DNA of 64,000 nucleotides from Escherichia coli (GTDB lineage Bacteria; Pseudomonadota; Gammaproteobacteria; Enterobacterales; Enterobacteriaceae): NCBI RefSeq assembly GCF_044324785.1, contig NZ_CP172127.1; one strand, 5' to 3'. Shown piece by piece: positions 53,989 to 64,000 of this stretch (position 1 is its first letter; each line of letters starts with the position of its first letter). The notes under the pieces were generated by a model. It saw only the letters and a program-made list of their open reading frames with translations, ran no database searches and was not told where the DNA came from. The position numbers and the translations under genes were made by a program.

Positions 53989-54798
53989 ATGGAAAAGAAA
54001 ATCGGTTTTATTGGCTGCGGCAATATGGGAAAAGCCATTCTCGGCGGTCTGATTGCCAGCGGTCAGGTGCTTCCAGGGCAAATCTGGGTATATACCCCCT
54101 CCCCGGATAAAGTCGCCGCCCTGCATGACCAGTTCGGCATCAACGCCGCAGAATCGGCGCAAGAAGTGGCGCAAATCGCCGACATCATTTTTGCCGCCGT
54201 TAAACCTGGCATCATGATTAAAGTGCTTAGCGAAATCACCTCCAGCCTGAATAAAGACTCTCTGGTCGTTTCTATTGCTGCAGGTATCACACTCGACCAG
54301 CTTGCCCGCGCGCTGGGCCATGACCGGAAAATTATCCGCGCCATGCCGAACACTCCCGCGCTGGTTAATGCCGGGATGACCTCCGTAACGCCAAACGCGC
54401 TGGTAACCCCAGAAGATACCGCTGATGTGCTGAATATTTTCCGCTGCTTTGGCGAAGCAGAAGTAATTGCTGAGCCGATGATCCACCCGGTGGTCGGTGT
54501 GAGCGGTTCTTCACCAGCCTACGTCTTTATGTTTATCGAAGCGATGGCCGACGCCGCCGTGCTGGGCGGGATGCCACGCGCCCAGGCGTATAAATTTGCC
54601 GCTCAGGCGGTAATGGGCTCCGCAAAAATGGTGCTGGAAACGGGAGAACATCCGGGGACACTGAAAGATATGGTCTGCTCACCGGGAGGCACCACCATTG
54701 AGGCGGTACGCGTACTGGAAGAGAAAGGCTTCCGTGCCGCAGTGATCGAAGCGATGACGAAGTGTATGGAAAAATCAGAAAAACTCAGCAAATCCTGA
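53989..54798 (+). CDS. proC: Pyrroline-5-carboxylate reductase
   Basis: ORF track frame trimmed to [17 protein letters not shown]...; 269 aa. Confidence 0.93.
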   Translation: MEKKIGFIGCGNMGKAILGGLIASGQVLPGQIWVYTPSPDKVAALHDQFGINAAESAQEVAQIADIIFAAVKPGIMIKVLSEITSSLNKDSLVVSIAAGITLDQLARALGHDRKIIRAMPNTPALVNAGMTSVTPNALVTPEDTADVLNIFRCFGEAEVIAEPMIHPVVGVSGSSPAYVFMFIEAMADAAVLGGMPRAQAYKFAAQAVMGSAKMVLETGEHPGTLKDMVCSPGGTTIEAVRVLEEKGFRAAVIEAMTKCMEKSEKLSKS

Positions 54799-54814
54799 TG
54801 ATTTTTGCCGGACG

Positions 54815-55930
54815 TCAGGCCGCCACTTCGGTGCGGTTACGTCCGGCTTTCTTTGCTTTGTAGAGCGCCAAATCTGCCGATTTCAACCACTCGCGATAGT
54901 GACTCATTTGTGGATTCAGCGGCGCAACCCCCACACTAATCCGTAATGTTACCTGTGGCGTATTCGGCAAACGTAACGTGTTTAGCCCTTCATGAACCCG
55001 TAACATGGCGGTAATGGCGCTCTCAGCTGGTGTACCGGACATGATTACCGCAAACTCATCGCCGCCAAACCGACCAATCACATCGCTACCGCGCAGGGTA
55101 ATTTGTAACTGTCGGGTAAGCGCCACAATCGCTTCATCGCCCACATCATGGCCCCAGGTATCGTTGATGCTCTTGAAATGGTCGATATCGATAATCAGTA
55201 ACGTTGCATCGCGATTATGCCGCCGACAGTTATCAAATTCATTGCGTAACATAGTTTCCCAATGACGTCGGTTATACACGCCCGTCATGCCGTCGCGGGT
55301 ACTCATGACCTGCAACCTGCGTTTATGTTCCGCCAGTTTGGTTGCCGTCTGGTAGCTGACCCAGCCAAACAGCAGAGGATAAATGACAATAATGGGAAGG
55401 GAGAGCCACCATTCCAGCGGCGCACTATTGAACGACACGGTGATGCCCGTCAGTTCGAGGGTGACAAGGCAGGAAACCACCATCAACACCAGACCCGCGA
55501 CAAACAGACGGGGGCCGCCTGCCCCCATCAAATTCAGACACATAATCATCAACATCGCGGTGGAAGGCAGCACGTTTACGCCCATTACGCCTACCCACAT
55601 TCCCGCTAATACTGCATCGGTTTTTAAGTTGTAAATTTCCCGGCTAAGCGGATCGACGGCCCTGCTCGCTATCTGCCAGGCTAAATGCGGCCAGACGAAC
55701 GCCCAGCCGACCAACACCAGCCACCACCAGCCCGGCGGCGGGTGCGAAACCAGTGTTGAAGCAATCGGTAAGAACATGCCAGCCAGGCCAACCGCGCGGG
55801 GTAGTCTGACGCGACGGGCGAAGCGCAGCCCGGATCGCTGATGTTCGTTTTGAGGAGTTAAAGGAGGTTCCTCCCCATGCGCCGCCGCTTTTTTGAAAAA
55901 GTTTTCATCATTCATTATTTTTGGGAACAT
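54815..55930 (-). CDS. dgcC: Diguanylate cyclase DgcC (AdrA)
   Basis: ORF track 371 aa; MASE2-type membrane domain plus GGDEF (RFGGDEF). Confidence 0.93.
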   Translation of the reverse strand: MFPKIMNDENFFKKAAAHGEEPPLTPQNEHQRSGLRFARRVRLPRAVGLAGMFLPIASTLVSHPPPGWWWLVLVGWAFVWPHLAWQIASRAVDPLSREIYNLKTDAVLAGMWVGVMGVNVLPSTAMLMIMCLNLMGAGGPRLFVAGLVLMVVSCLVTLELTGITVSFNSAPLEWWLSLPIIVIYPLLFGWVSYQTATKLAEHKRRLQVMSTRDGMTGVYNRRHWETMLRNEFDNCRRHNRDATLLIIDIDHFKSINDTWGHDVGDEAIVALTRQLQITLRGSDVIGRFGGDEFAVIMSGTPAESAITAMLRVHEGLNTLRLPNTPQVTLRISVGVAPLNPQMSHYREWLKSADLALYKAKKAGRNRTEVAA

Positions 55931-56031
55931 TCAGAAACAATTTTCCCAAATTATAGAGACGGGGCTAAAGGCAGAAGTATGAAATTTCGGGTGAGCCATT
56001 TTCGTAGCTCACCCGTTAGCACTATCAGGTA

Positions 56032-56352
56032 TCAGGCGGCTTTCTTGAGGCAGGCGCTCATAAACTTATTACGATCATCACCTTTCAGAGATTGTTGCGT
56101 TGCTTGATTATTACATTCGCGCATCTTTTGTTGCTGTGGCGTCAAACTTTTTTCACCAGGCGCAGACTTGCTGTTCTTCAGGCAATCACTCATGTAGGTC
56201 TTACGAGCATCCCCTTTCAACGCCTGCGCCGTCGCCTGCTGATTACAGGAGGTCATACGCTGTTGTTGCGGGGTTAAGGTTCTCTCGGCAGCGCCGACGG
56301 TGGTTAAAAAAACCAGTCCGAAAAGCAAGGTAACCAGTAATGTTATTTTCAT
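56032..56352 (-). CDS. psiF: Phosphate starvation-inducible protein PsiF
   Basis: ORF track frame trimmed to MKITLLVTLLFGLVFLTTVGA...; two internal repeats. Confidence 0.9.
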   Translation of the reverse strand: MKITLLVTLLFGLVFLTTVGAAERTLTPQQQRMTSCNQQATAQALKGDARKTYMSDCLKNSKSAPGEKSLTPQQQKMRECNNQATQQSLKGDDRNKFMSACLKKAA

Positions 56353-56470
56353 AGCACCATCCCTCTTCATGTTTTAACCATGAGCGTTTGCGCCCGTGAT
56401 CTGCCATTAAGTCTGGTTGCTAACAGCAAAAAAACCACCCGACAGCGAAAATTCACCGCCGGGCGCGGTT

Positions 56471-57886
56471 TTATTTCAGCCCCAGGGCGGCTTTCATGGT
56501 GTAGAAGAGATCGGTCTGGTCGGTCAGTCCAACGACATTGGCGGCATGTGGGCCATACGCCGCAATACGCAGCTGACTACCGGTATGTTCTTGTGAATCC
56601 TCTTCGGAGTTCCCGTAACTCATCACCATCACTGCGCCATCTTTGGTATTTAGCGCCTGGGTGAGGCCCGGCGCTTTGGTGTCCGGCGCGACAATCTGGC
56701 TGGCGTGGGCGTGATCAGCGGTGACTATGACCAGCGTGTTACCCTCCTTTTTAGCGAATTCCAGCGCACGTTGTACGGCTTCATCGAGATCGACCGTCTC
56801 GCCAATTTGCCCACAAGGATTCGCAGCGTGATCCTGTTTATCGATTGACGCACCTTCAACTTGCAGGAAAAAGCCTTTCTCATTTTTACTCAACAATTCA
56901 ATGGCTTTGTCGGTCATCTGCGCCAGGGTCGGTACGCTGTCATTACGTTGCGGATTAGGCGTACAGGTAACTGCGGGCTTGTCGATATTGCCGTGGTACG
57001 TTGCTTTCGGTCCTTGCCAGCGCACTGGCATATTGCCGTCAGCAAACAGTCCTAGCAGGGGTTTTTGCTGGTTCGCTTCCGTCACCGCATTCAGTGAGGC
57101 AGCATCGCTCACCAACTGATAACCACGCGCCTGTGCCTGTTCACGCAGCGTTTTTCCCTGCCATTCACCGGCGGTTGCCGTTTCAGCAAAGGTTTTTGCG
57201 CCGCCGCCAAGCGTAACATCGGCACGAGCGTTAAGCAGCTGTTCGGTAATCGATCCTCTCCCGCCTTTTTCTAGCGCGTTACCCGGACATTTTTCACTGG
57301 TCGCGCTGGGACCGTAGCATTTGCGCGAGGTCACATGCGCCACCAGCGCAGCGGGCGTGGCATCCTGCAACTCTGCGGTAGAAACGTTACCGGTCGCCAG
57401 ACCTGCGGCTTTTGCCATCTCCAGAATCGTTGGGTGATCTTTTTCATGAATATCGACGCCCAGCGCGCCGTTATAGGTTTTGACACCAGTTGACCAGGCG
57501 GTTGCTGATGCAGCCGAGTCGGTGACGTAGTCCGGTTTGCCGGTTTTTTTATTCAGCGCATAGTGAGTGTATTGCCCGGTAAGCGGTAATGCATCGATAC
57601 CTTTAAAAAAGCCGCCCGCACCTTCGGCATAATTGCGTGCAGCAGTAATTTCCGAGTCCCCCATCCCATCGCCAATCAGCAAAATAATATTTTTGGCAGG
57701 TTTATCGCTAAGAGAATCACGCAGAGCAGCGGTCTGATCACCCGTTAAGCGGCGAGCACCGCCGGGTGCAGTAATATCTCCCTGAGCAGCCCGGTTTTCC
57801 AGAACAGGCATTTCTGGTGTCCGGGCTTTTGTCACAGGGGTAAACAGTAACGGTAAGAGAGCCAGTGCAATAGTGCTTTGTTTCAC
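56471..57886 (-). CDS. phoA: Alkaline phosphatase
   Basis: ORF track frame trimmed to GTG start ([21 protein letters not shown] signal peptide); 471 aa; active-site region DSAASATAW. Confidence 0.95.
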   Translation of the reverse strand: MKQSTIALALLPLLFTPVTKARTPEMPVLENRAAQGDITAPGGARRLTGDQTAALRDSLSDKPAKNIILLIGDGMGDSEITAARNYAEGAGGFFKGIDALPLTGQYTHYALNKKTGKPDYVTDSAASATAWSTGVKTYNGALGVDIHEKDHPTILEMAKAAGLATGNVSTAELQDATPAALVAHVTSRKCYGPSATSEKCPGNALEKGGRGSITEQLLNARADVTLGGGAKTFAETATAGEWQGKTLREQAQARGYQLVSDAASLNAVTEANQQKPLLGLFADGNMPVRWQGPKATYHGNIDKPAVTCTPNPQRNDSVPTLAQMTDKAIELLSKNEKGFFLQVEGASIDKQDHAANPCGQIGETVDLDEAVQRALEFAKKEGNTLVIVTADHAHASQIVAPDTKAPGLTQALNTKDGAVMVMSYGNSEEDSQEHTGSQLRIAAYGPHAANVVGLTDQTDLFYTMKAALGLK

Positions 57887-57948
57887 TTTATTTTCTCCAT
57901 GTACAAATACATTAAAAAATAAAAACAAAGCGACTATAAGCCTCGGCC

Positions 57949-57966
57949 GTGACAGCTTTATGACAG
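57949..57966 (-). promoter_or_regulatory. Pho box of the phoA promoter
   Basis: Minus strand reads CTGTCATAAAGCTGTCAC, about 60-80 bp upstream of the phoA GTG start. Confidence 0.85.
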
Positions 57967-57986
57967 CTGTTGAAAAGATTAACTTT

Positions 57987-58247
57987 TTACTGACGAGGAT
58001 GCTTCAATAACTTCTTTACATAATTGCGCAGCAGCTCCGTATCGTCGTCAGGAATGCTGGCATCGGGCTTTACCTCGTACAGTGCCCCCTCTACCTGATC
58101 AATCAACCTTTGTTGGTCATTTTGCGCCATATTGCGAAGCATTGCAGTGACGATAATCTCCAAAGCTTCTACCTGCGCGCACAGTTCTTTCGACTCTTCT
58201 TCTTTTTGGGCAAGCTTAAATAACAACTCAGCAATGAGATTTTTCAT
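57987..58247 (-). CDS. iraP: Anti-adapter protein IraP
   Basis: ORF track 86 aa. Confidence 0.92.
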   Translation of the reverse strand: MKNLIAELLFKLAQKEEESKELCAQVEALEIIVTAMLRNMAQNDQQRLIDQVEGALYEVKPDASIPDDDTELLRNYVKKLLKHPRQ

Positions 58248-58709
58248 GTCTGTATTTCCTTATCCAAAGTATGGAGAAGTTAACATTATGTTTCACAACT
58301 TCATAGTGTCTGGAAGTATTATTTTTATGACAAAGGAAATACTTTGCGCAAATATTTTTTGTTTGATTACCAGCGAAACGTTTCTCTTATTTAAATAATT
58401 ACCCACACAAAATATAGGCTTTTAATTATCAACCTTTATTATAAATAAAAGTTATGAAATATATTCTCTTCGTTAACTTATAATTAAGAGAAAAAAACTC
58501 ACTGCATGGCCATTTAAGCCAGGAATAAATTAGCTTCCCGTTCATCATTTTTGTGATCTTGCGCACATCATTGAGATAACGCACTTTCTTCACCAGTACG
58601 TTGCACGCTTTGTCAGCAGAAGATTGCAACATTCTGTCAGAAGGCCGCGAATCCCCCGTTTTGTCGTGGTAATGTATGCACTTTGTGTTAGACGGGATAG
58701 GTTTTTAAG

Positions 58710-59804
58710 ATGGAAAAACTGCGGGTAGGAATCGTTTTTGGTGGTAAATCAGCGGAACATGAAGTGTCTCTGCAATCGGCAAAAAACATTGTCGATGCCA
58801 TTGATAAAAGTCGCTTCGACGTTGTGCTGCTGGGCATTGATAAACAAGGGCAATGGCACGTCAGCGATGCCAGCAATTATCTGCTAAATGCAGACGATCC
58901 TGCCCATATTGCGTTGCGCCCTTCGGCGACCAGCCTTGCGCAGGTGCCTGGTAAACATGAACATCAGCTTATCGACGCGCAAAACGGTCAGCCGTTGCCG
59001 ACGGTGGATGTCATTTTCCCGATTGTCCACGGTACGCTGGGCGAAGATGGTTCCTTGCAGGGAATGCTGCGGGTCGCCAATTTACCGTTTGTAGGTTCTG
59101 ATGTTCTGGCTTCAGCGGCCTGTATGGATAAAGATGTCACCAAACGTCTGCTGCGCGATGCCGGGCTGAACATTGCGCCATTTATTACCCTGACGCGCGC
59201 TAATCGTCACAACATCAGTTTTGCCGAAGTGGAGTCTAAACTGGGGTTACCGCTGTTTGTAAAACCAGCTAATCAGGGCTCTTCTGTTGGTGTCAGCAAA
59301 GTAACCAGTGAAGAACAGTACGCAATTGCCGTCGATCTGGCGTTCGAGTTCGATCATAAAGTGATCGTTGAGCAAGGGATCAAAGGTCGTGAGATCGAAT
59401 GCGCAGTTCTGGGCAACGACAATCCGCAAGCCAGCACCTGTGGCGAGATCGTACTAACCAGCGATTTTTATGCCTACGACACCAAGTACATTGACGAAGA
59501 TGGCGCGAAAGTGGTAGTTCCGGCAGCCATTGCGCCAGAAATCAACGATAAGATCCGGGCGATTGCCGTTCAGGCTTATCAGACGTTGGGATGCGCAGGC
59601 ATGGCGCGTGTAGACGTGTTTTTAACCCCAGAGAACGACGTGGTGATCAACGAGATCAACACACTGCCTGGCTTCACCAACATCAGTATGTATCCGAAGC
59701 TGTGGCAAGCCAGCGGTCTGGGTTACACCGACCTGATCACCCGTTTGATTGAGCTGGCGCTGGAGCGTCACGCTGCGGATAACGCATTGAAAACCACAAT
59801 GTAA
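58710..59804 (+). CDS. ddlA: D-alanine--D-alanine ligase A
   Basis: ORF track 364 aa; starts [20 protein letters not shown]. Confidence 0.95.
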   Translation: MEKLRVGIVFGGKSAEHEVSLQSAKNIVDAIDKSRFDVVLLGIDKQGQWHVSDASNYLLNADDPAHIALRPSATSLAQVPGKHEHQLIDAQNGQPLPTVDVIFPIVHGTLGEDGSLQGMLRVANLPFVGSDVLASAACMDKDVTKRLLRDAGLNIAPFITLTRANRHNISFAEVESKLGLPLFVKPANQGSSVGVSKVTSEEQYAIAVDLAFEFDHKVIVEQGIKGREIECAVLGNDNPQASTCGEIVLTSDFYAYDTKYIDEDGAKVVVPAAIAPEINDKIRAIAVQAYQTLGCAGMARVDVFLTPENDVVINEINTLPGFTNISMYPKLWQASGLGYTDLITRLIELALERHAADNALKTTM

Positions 59805-59861
59805 TTTTTAAATGCCTGATAACTTTTATTGGGCATTTAAGACTGATAGCAAACGTAAGAT

Positions 59862-59961
59862 TGCCTGATGCGCTTTGCTTATCAGGCCTACCAGATAATT
59901 GCAATATACTGATTTTGCATGATTTTGTAGGCAGGGTAAGGCGTTCGCGCCGCATCCGGCA
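59862..59961. repeat. REP pair (BIME) downstream of ddlA
   Basis: tgcctgatgcgctttgcttatcaggcctac and tgtaggcagggtaaggcgttcgcgccgcatccggca read directly. Confidence 0.8.
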
Positions 59962-59990
59962 AAAACAACGAGCACTTTGTCAGCCCCCAG

Positions 59991-60024
59991 AACGCCCAAT
60001 CCTCTGTTATTGGGCGTTTTCAGT
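59991..60024 (+). terminator. Putative rho-independent terminator (ddlA side), overlapping yaiZ 3' end
   Basis: AACGCCCAAT-cctctgtt-ATTGGGCGTT then ttcagtttc. Confidence 0.5.
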
Positions 60025-60219
60025 TTCTTCATCGCGACGACGAATAATCAACCCCGCCAGCCAGAAACTAATCACCCACGTCACCAGACCGACGACATAG
60101 GTCTGCCAACCTTTTGCTTCAAATCCCAGTAAACCCACCACGCCATTAAGAATGAATATAAGGCCAATGGCGAACGCATAGTAGTGCCAGTCACGGCGGA
60201 TTTTTACAGGCAAGTTCAT
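60007..60219 (-). CDS. yaiZ: Small membrane protein YaiZ
   Basis: ORF track frame trimmed to MNLPVKIRRDWHYYAFAIGLIFILNG...; 70 aa. Confidence 0.85.
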   Translation of the reverse strand: MNLPVKIRRDWHYYAFAIGLIFILNGVVGLLGFEAKGWQTYVVGLVTWVISFWLAGLIIRRRDEETENAQ

Positions 60220-60478
60220 GGCAGCTCCGTTAACGAAAAACAACATCCTTGCATATTCTGCAACAACCGTCTGTGGCGTAGACAACATTTCCGTAATTGT
60301 TAATAAATTTAACTTAAGGTTGTCATTTTGTGACTCACGACGAAGATTCACGCTTCGGGAATATTCCCAACATCAATTTACCATGATTCTGATATTGACA
60401 ATCTTAATGTCCTGTCAGACTTGCCATAAGCCGCTGGTATCACACCAGAAGAGAAGCAGATGACTTCCGGAGGTTTTT

Positions 60479-60787
60479 ATGGCTGATTTCACCCTGTCAA
60501 AATCGCTGTTTAGCGGAAAATATCGCAATGCCTCTTCAACGCCTGGCAATATTGCCTATGCGTTGTTTGTGCTGTTTTGCTTTTGGGCTGGGGCGCAATT
60601 GCTGAACCTATTAGTGCATGCGCCCGGCGTCTATGAGCGTTTAATGCAGGTCCAGGAAACAGGTCGCCCACGGGTGGAAATTGGTTTAGGTGTCGGCACC
60701 ATTTTCGGGCTGATCCCGTTTTTAGTAGGCTGCCTCATTTTTGCAGTGGTGGCGCTATGGCTGCACTGGCGACATCGCCGCCAGTAA
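60479..60787 (+). CDS. yaiY: Inner membrane protein YaiY
   Basis: ORF track 102 aa. Confidence 0.9.
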
Positions 60788-60845
60788 GATTTACGTTGCC
60801 AGATAGGGCCTAAAACGCCTTATCTGGCATGACATTCCTGTTTGA

Positions 60846-61940
60846 TCACTGTTTCATACAACGCGCCCGCCGTTCGTCTACGCGCTTCGCAAACCAGGCC
60901 GTAGTCAGGTTGCGGGTGATTTTCGGGCTTTCCAGTTGAATGCCAGGCAACATTTCGCGGGGTAGTGATTTACCCGTTTTCGCTTCGGCAAGTTGATAAA
61001 CTTTCTTGTACAGCGCCGTCTCCTCAAAAGAGAAGCTGTCCCCTTTCTCTAACTGGCGGCGAATTTCACTGTCGCTCATCCCCAGTTTTCCCGCCAGTTT
61101 GCGCGTTGCCAGTTCGGTTTTCCCGGGCTCTTTACTGTCGTAACGAATTAAATCACCGTCCAGTGCCAGCTTCACGCCGCTGGCCTTACTGACCGCGTTC
61201 TGAAACGCGGCATTACGGCTGGCGTACCAGCCAGCGTTAAAATCAGCAAAACGGTATATCGGCGCGCTATAGCTGGCGGGATAATTCAGTAAATGGTAAG
61301 TACCAAACCACAACCCGCCGCGGCGACTGAAGACTTCCTGACGGACTGTACCGTCCATTTTCCACGGATACCCTTTGGTATGCTGTTCGGCAAAGGCAAT
61401 GCTGACCTGCATCGGCCCACCGGTGCGCACCGGATTAAGCGAACCAAACAACGTCTGCCCCATTGGCACCATGCTGATCAGATCGTCAAAAATCGCGCTC
61501 AATTGCTTTTCAGTACGCACCGAATCTAACCGTTCGCTATAGCTTTTGCCGTTTGGCGATTTGATTTTTAGCGCGGTATGCACCAGAAAAGCAGGAATGT
61601 GCATCCGTTCAGCACGACGGTCAATCTCTTGCCAGGCGATCTTGCTTAAGCCCGGAACGGCCGGATCTGCCTGATAATTTGACTCCTGCTGCGCCACCGC
61701 CAGCACCGAGCAGACGTTTTCCAGCGTCGGTGCCAGCCCCTGACTTTCAAACGTGGTGGCGAGATCTTTCGCCCAGGCATCGCGGTCTTTCACGCTCGCA
61801 GGCATCTTCTGCCGCACGACGCTCGCCACATCTATCGCTTTTTCGCCCTTTTTCAACGGTTGCGGAGCCTGACTACTACACCCCGCTAAAACCAGAACCG
61901 CCAACAATGACAGCGAAGATAGATGATTGACGCGCGACAT
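60846..61940 (-). CDS. yaiW: Lipoprotein YaiW
   Basis: ORF track 364 aa; lipobox LAGC. Confidence 0.92.
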   Translation of the reverse strand: MSRVNHLSSLSLLAVLVLAGCSSQAPQPLKKGEKAIDVASVVRQKMPASVKDRDAWAKDLATTFESQGLAPTLENVCSVLAVAQQESNYQADPAVPGLSKIAWQEIDRRAERMHIPAFLVHTALKIKSPNGKSYSERLDSVRTEKQLSAIFDDLISMVPMGQTLFGSLNPVRTGGPMQVSIAFAEQHTKGYPWKMDGTVRQEVFSRRGGLWFGTYHLLNYPASYSAPIYRFADFNAGWYASRNAAFQNAVSKASGVKLALDGDLIRYDSKEPGKTELATRKLAGKLGMSDSEIRRQLEKGDSFSFEETALYKKVYQLAEAKTGKSLPREMLPGIQLESPKITRNLTTAWFAKRVDERRARCMKQ

Positions 61941-61952
61941 TACTTCTCCTTT

Positions 61953-63173
61953 TTAGCTCAAGGTATGGGTTACTTCCTGAATTTTGTCACCATCCAGCTC
62001 ATGTTCAAAGCTGCGCAGACGTTTGTAGATAGACATCAACTCAACCAGTGTGGTCCATGAGTTAATCAGGTACTGGAAAGCTCCGCGAACCTGACCAAAA
62101 ACGTTGGTAATCTGCGTCATCAGGCCGAGTGTAATCGTACCGGCAACAATTGACGGAAACAGCAAGAACAAACCGAAAACGTTATCGACCTGCAAATAGA
62201 GAATGCGGGCGATGTTGAAATACATATAGTGAAAATAGAGGCGGAAATAGTTTTTCCGTACGGCGCAAAACAGCTCGCGTACCGTAGGCGGCGTCGCGCG
62301 CGTGGCATCGTCTTCACCATAAACCAGCTCTTTACGGTAGGCAGCCTCTACTCGCTGGTTTTTAAACTCCAGCCCCGGCAGTTTGATCCCTACCACTGCC
62401 AGTAATCCGGTCCCCATCAGCGACCAGACGATAGCGGCAATCACCAGACCATACGGAATGTGCCCGACAATCGGCAGCTCCGGCACATGCGCGGAGAGCG
62501 TTACCAGCACCGGCAGGAAGGCGATCAACGTCATGATGGCGTTGATAAAACTGACGCCCATATTCTCCAGCGTTGAAGCAAAACGCATGGTGTCTTCCTG
62601 CACACGTTGGGCGGCACCTTCGATATGACGCAGTTGTTGCCAGTTCGCCATGTAATATTCGTTCATCGCTGTACGCCAGCGGAACACGTAGTGACTGACA
62701 AAGAAGTTGTTCAGCACACTGATCACTACCGCGATCAGCGCAATCCCCAGAAAGACGCCCACTTCGCGGTAAAATTGTTCGATGGTGACTTTATGCGGCG
62801 AACTTAGCGCGGTTTGAATCAGATCATAGAACGGCGCATACCAGGCGTTGACGGCGACCCCGACTTCCACCAAAAACCAGGTGACGAAGATGATCAGTGC
62901 AGTACCGAGTATTGACCAGTATTGCCAACGATGCGGGCTGTAGATAAACCAGAACAATGCAAAAAGTCCTACGCAAACAATGTAGTAAGCGTAAAAAATC
63001 AGGAAATCCAACGACCAGAAACGCGCGGCGCTAATCGGGATCTGCCCGGAAGCTCCGGTGATACGCGCCACCCAATCACCCCCACCGGCTTGCCAGAAGA
63101 TAACGGCAATCAATGCCCAAACAAAGGCCGAGAGAAAAAACGGTCCCGGCTTTGGGAAAAAAGACTTAAACAT
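61953..63173 (-). CDS. sbmA: Peptide antibiotic transporter SbmA
   Basis: ORF track frame trimmed to [10 protein letters not shown]...; 406 aa. Confidence 0.93.
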   Translation of the reverse strand: MFKSFFPKPGPFFLSAFVWALIAVIFWQAGGGDWVARITGASGQIPISAARFWSLDFLIFYAYYIVCVGLFALFWFIYSPHRWQYWSILGTALIIFVTWFLVEVGVAVNAWYAPFYDLIQTALSSPHKVTIEQFYREVGVFLGIALIAVVISVLNNFFVSHYVFRWRTAMNEYYMANWQQLRHIEGAAQRVQEDTMRFASTLENMGVSFINAIMTLIAFLPVLVTLSAHVPELPIVGHIPYGLVIAAIVWSLMGTGLLAVVGIKLPGLEFKNQRVEAAYRKELVYGEDDATRATPPTVRELFCAVRKNYFRLYFHYMYFNIARILYLQVDNVFGLFLLFPSIVAGTITLGLMTQITNVFGQVRGAFQYLINSWTTLVELMSIYKRLRSFEHELDGDKIQEVTHTLS

Positions 63174-63524
63174 ATGCACTCCTGCTAACTTCTTATCGTT
63201 TTAACAACTGCTGTGTATTAACCGCATGACCGCTACAAAGCGTCAGCCAAATGAAACCGCCCATTGTGACCCATAGCAAGGCGCTTAGTTCGCCAGCCTT
63301 GCCATAAGAATTGTTTCGACGGATTTCACAAACCAAAGATTGTTTACATAAGCGGATTAACACGCGCAGGATCACAAATGCAGGCATTGGTGAGCAGGAA
63401 AAAGATCGTGTTTACGCGCCGTTACGTTTTTAACACTATTATTGCACTAATTCGCCCTTTGCAATCCATCAATGAGTAGTATAAATACGCTCAGTTACCT
63501 TCATTCAATCTATGGACACCACCG

Positions 63525-64000
63525 TTGAAACGTAGTCTGCTTTTTTCTGCCGTGCTGTGTGCGGCGTCATTGACCTCCGTCCATGCGGCGCAGCCGATCA
63601 CTGAACCGGAGTTTGCCTCTGATATTGTCGATCGTTATGCCGATCATATTTTTTACGGCAGCGGTGCCACGGGGATGGCGCTGGTTGTTATCGACGGTAA
63701 CCAGCGCGTCTTTCGCAGTTATGGCGAAACGCGACCTGGTAATAACGTTCGCCCGCAGCTGGATTCGGTCATACGTATTGCTTCCCTCACCAAGCTAATG
63801 ACCAGTGAGATGCTGGTGAAATTGCTCGACCAGGGGACCGTGAAGTTAAACGATCCGCTAAGTAAATATGCTCCGCCAGGCGCACGCGTACCGACTTACA
63901 ATGGGACTCCCATTACGCTGGTGAATCTGGCAACCCATACCAGCGCCCTGCCCCGTGAACAGCCCGGTGGCGCGGCACATCGTCCGGTATTTGTCTGGCC
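63525..64000 (+). CDS. ampH: Penicillin-binding protein AmpH (5' part; runs off the window)
   Basis: TTG start at 63525 gives (M)KRSLLFSAVLCAASLTSVHAAQPITEPEF...SLTKLMTSE (class C beta-lactamase-like S-x-x-K); not in the ORF track because no ATG start or in-window stop. Confidence 0.85.
   Translation, partial: MKRSLLFSAVLCAASLTSVHAAQPITEPEFASDIVDRYADHIFYGSGATGMALVVIDGNQRVFRSYGETRPGNNVRPQLDSVIRIASLTKLMTSEMLVKLLDQGTVKLNDPLSKYAPPGARVPTYNGTPITLVNLATHTSALPREQPGGAAHRPVFVW

Noticed and set aside
63583-63798. 71-aa ORF at the sbmA–ampH end of the window
   Set aside because: It is in a different frame from, and overlaps, the ampH coding sequence that starts at TTG 63525.

Overview
This window reads as Escherichia coli chromosome, collinear with the K-12 ampG–cyoABCDE … sbmA–ampH interval (about 60 recognisable core genes, identified from the ORF-track translations and remembered K-12 proteins and gene order; no database search was run). 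Four places break that collinearity. (1) An IS200/IS605-family element of about 1.7 kb, carrying tnpB and tnpA that are each frameshifted at a homopolymer, is inserted in the lipoprotein gene yajI. (2) A 525-aa AT-rich ORF lies between yajO and pgpA; it has two blocks of pentapeptide repeats and an N-terminal WNKIRDFF motif resembling the WEK(I/M)xxFF translocation signal of Salmonella type III effectors, so it is most likely an EspY/PipB2-like effector gene. (3) A 501-aa AT-rich ORF with internal 11-residue tandem repeats lies between acpH and malZ; I do not recognise it. (4) A translationally coupled pair (762-aa signal-peptide protein, then a 151-aa protein) lies between rdgC and ppnP, where K-12 has only a short remnant as far as I recall; I do not recognise either protein, and this is my best candidate for an undescribed system. 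Also present are Pho boxes at phoB and phoA, several rho-independent terminators, REP/BIME and ERIC repeats, and an 18-bp perfect palindrome in the yajQ–panE divergent promoter region. No rRNA, tRNA or CRISPR was seen. Function for the three accessory loci is hypothesis only.
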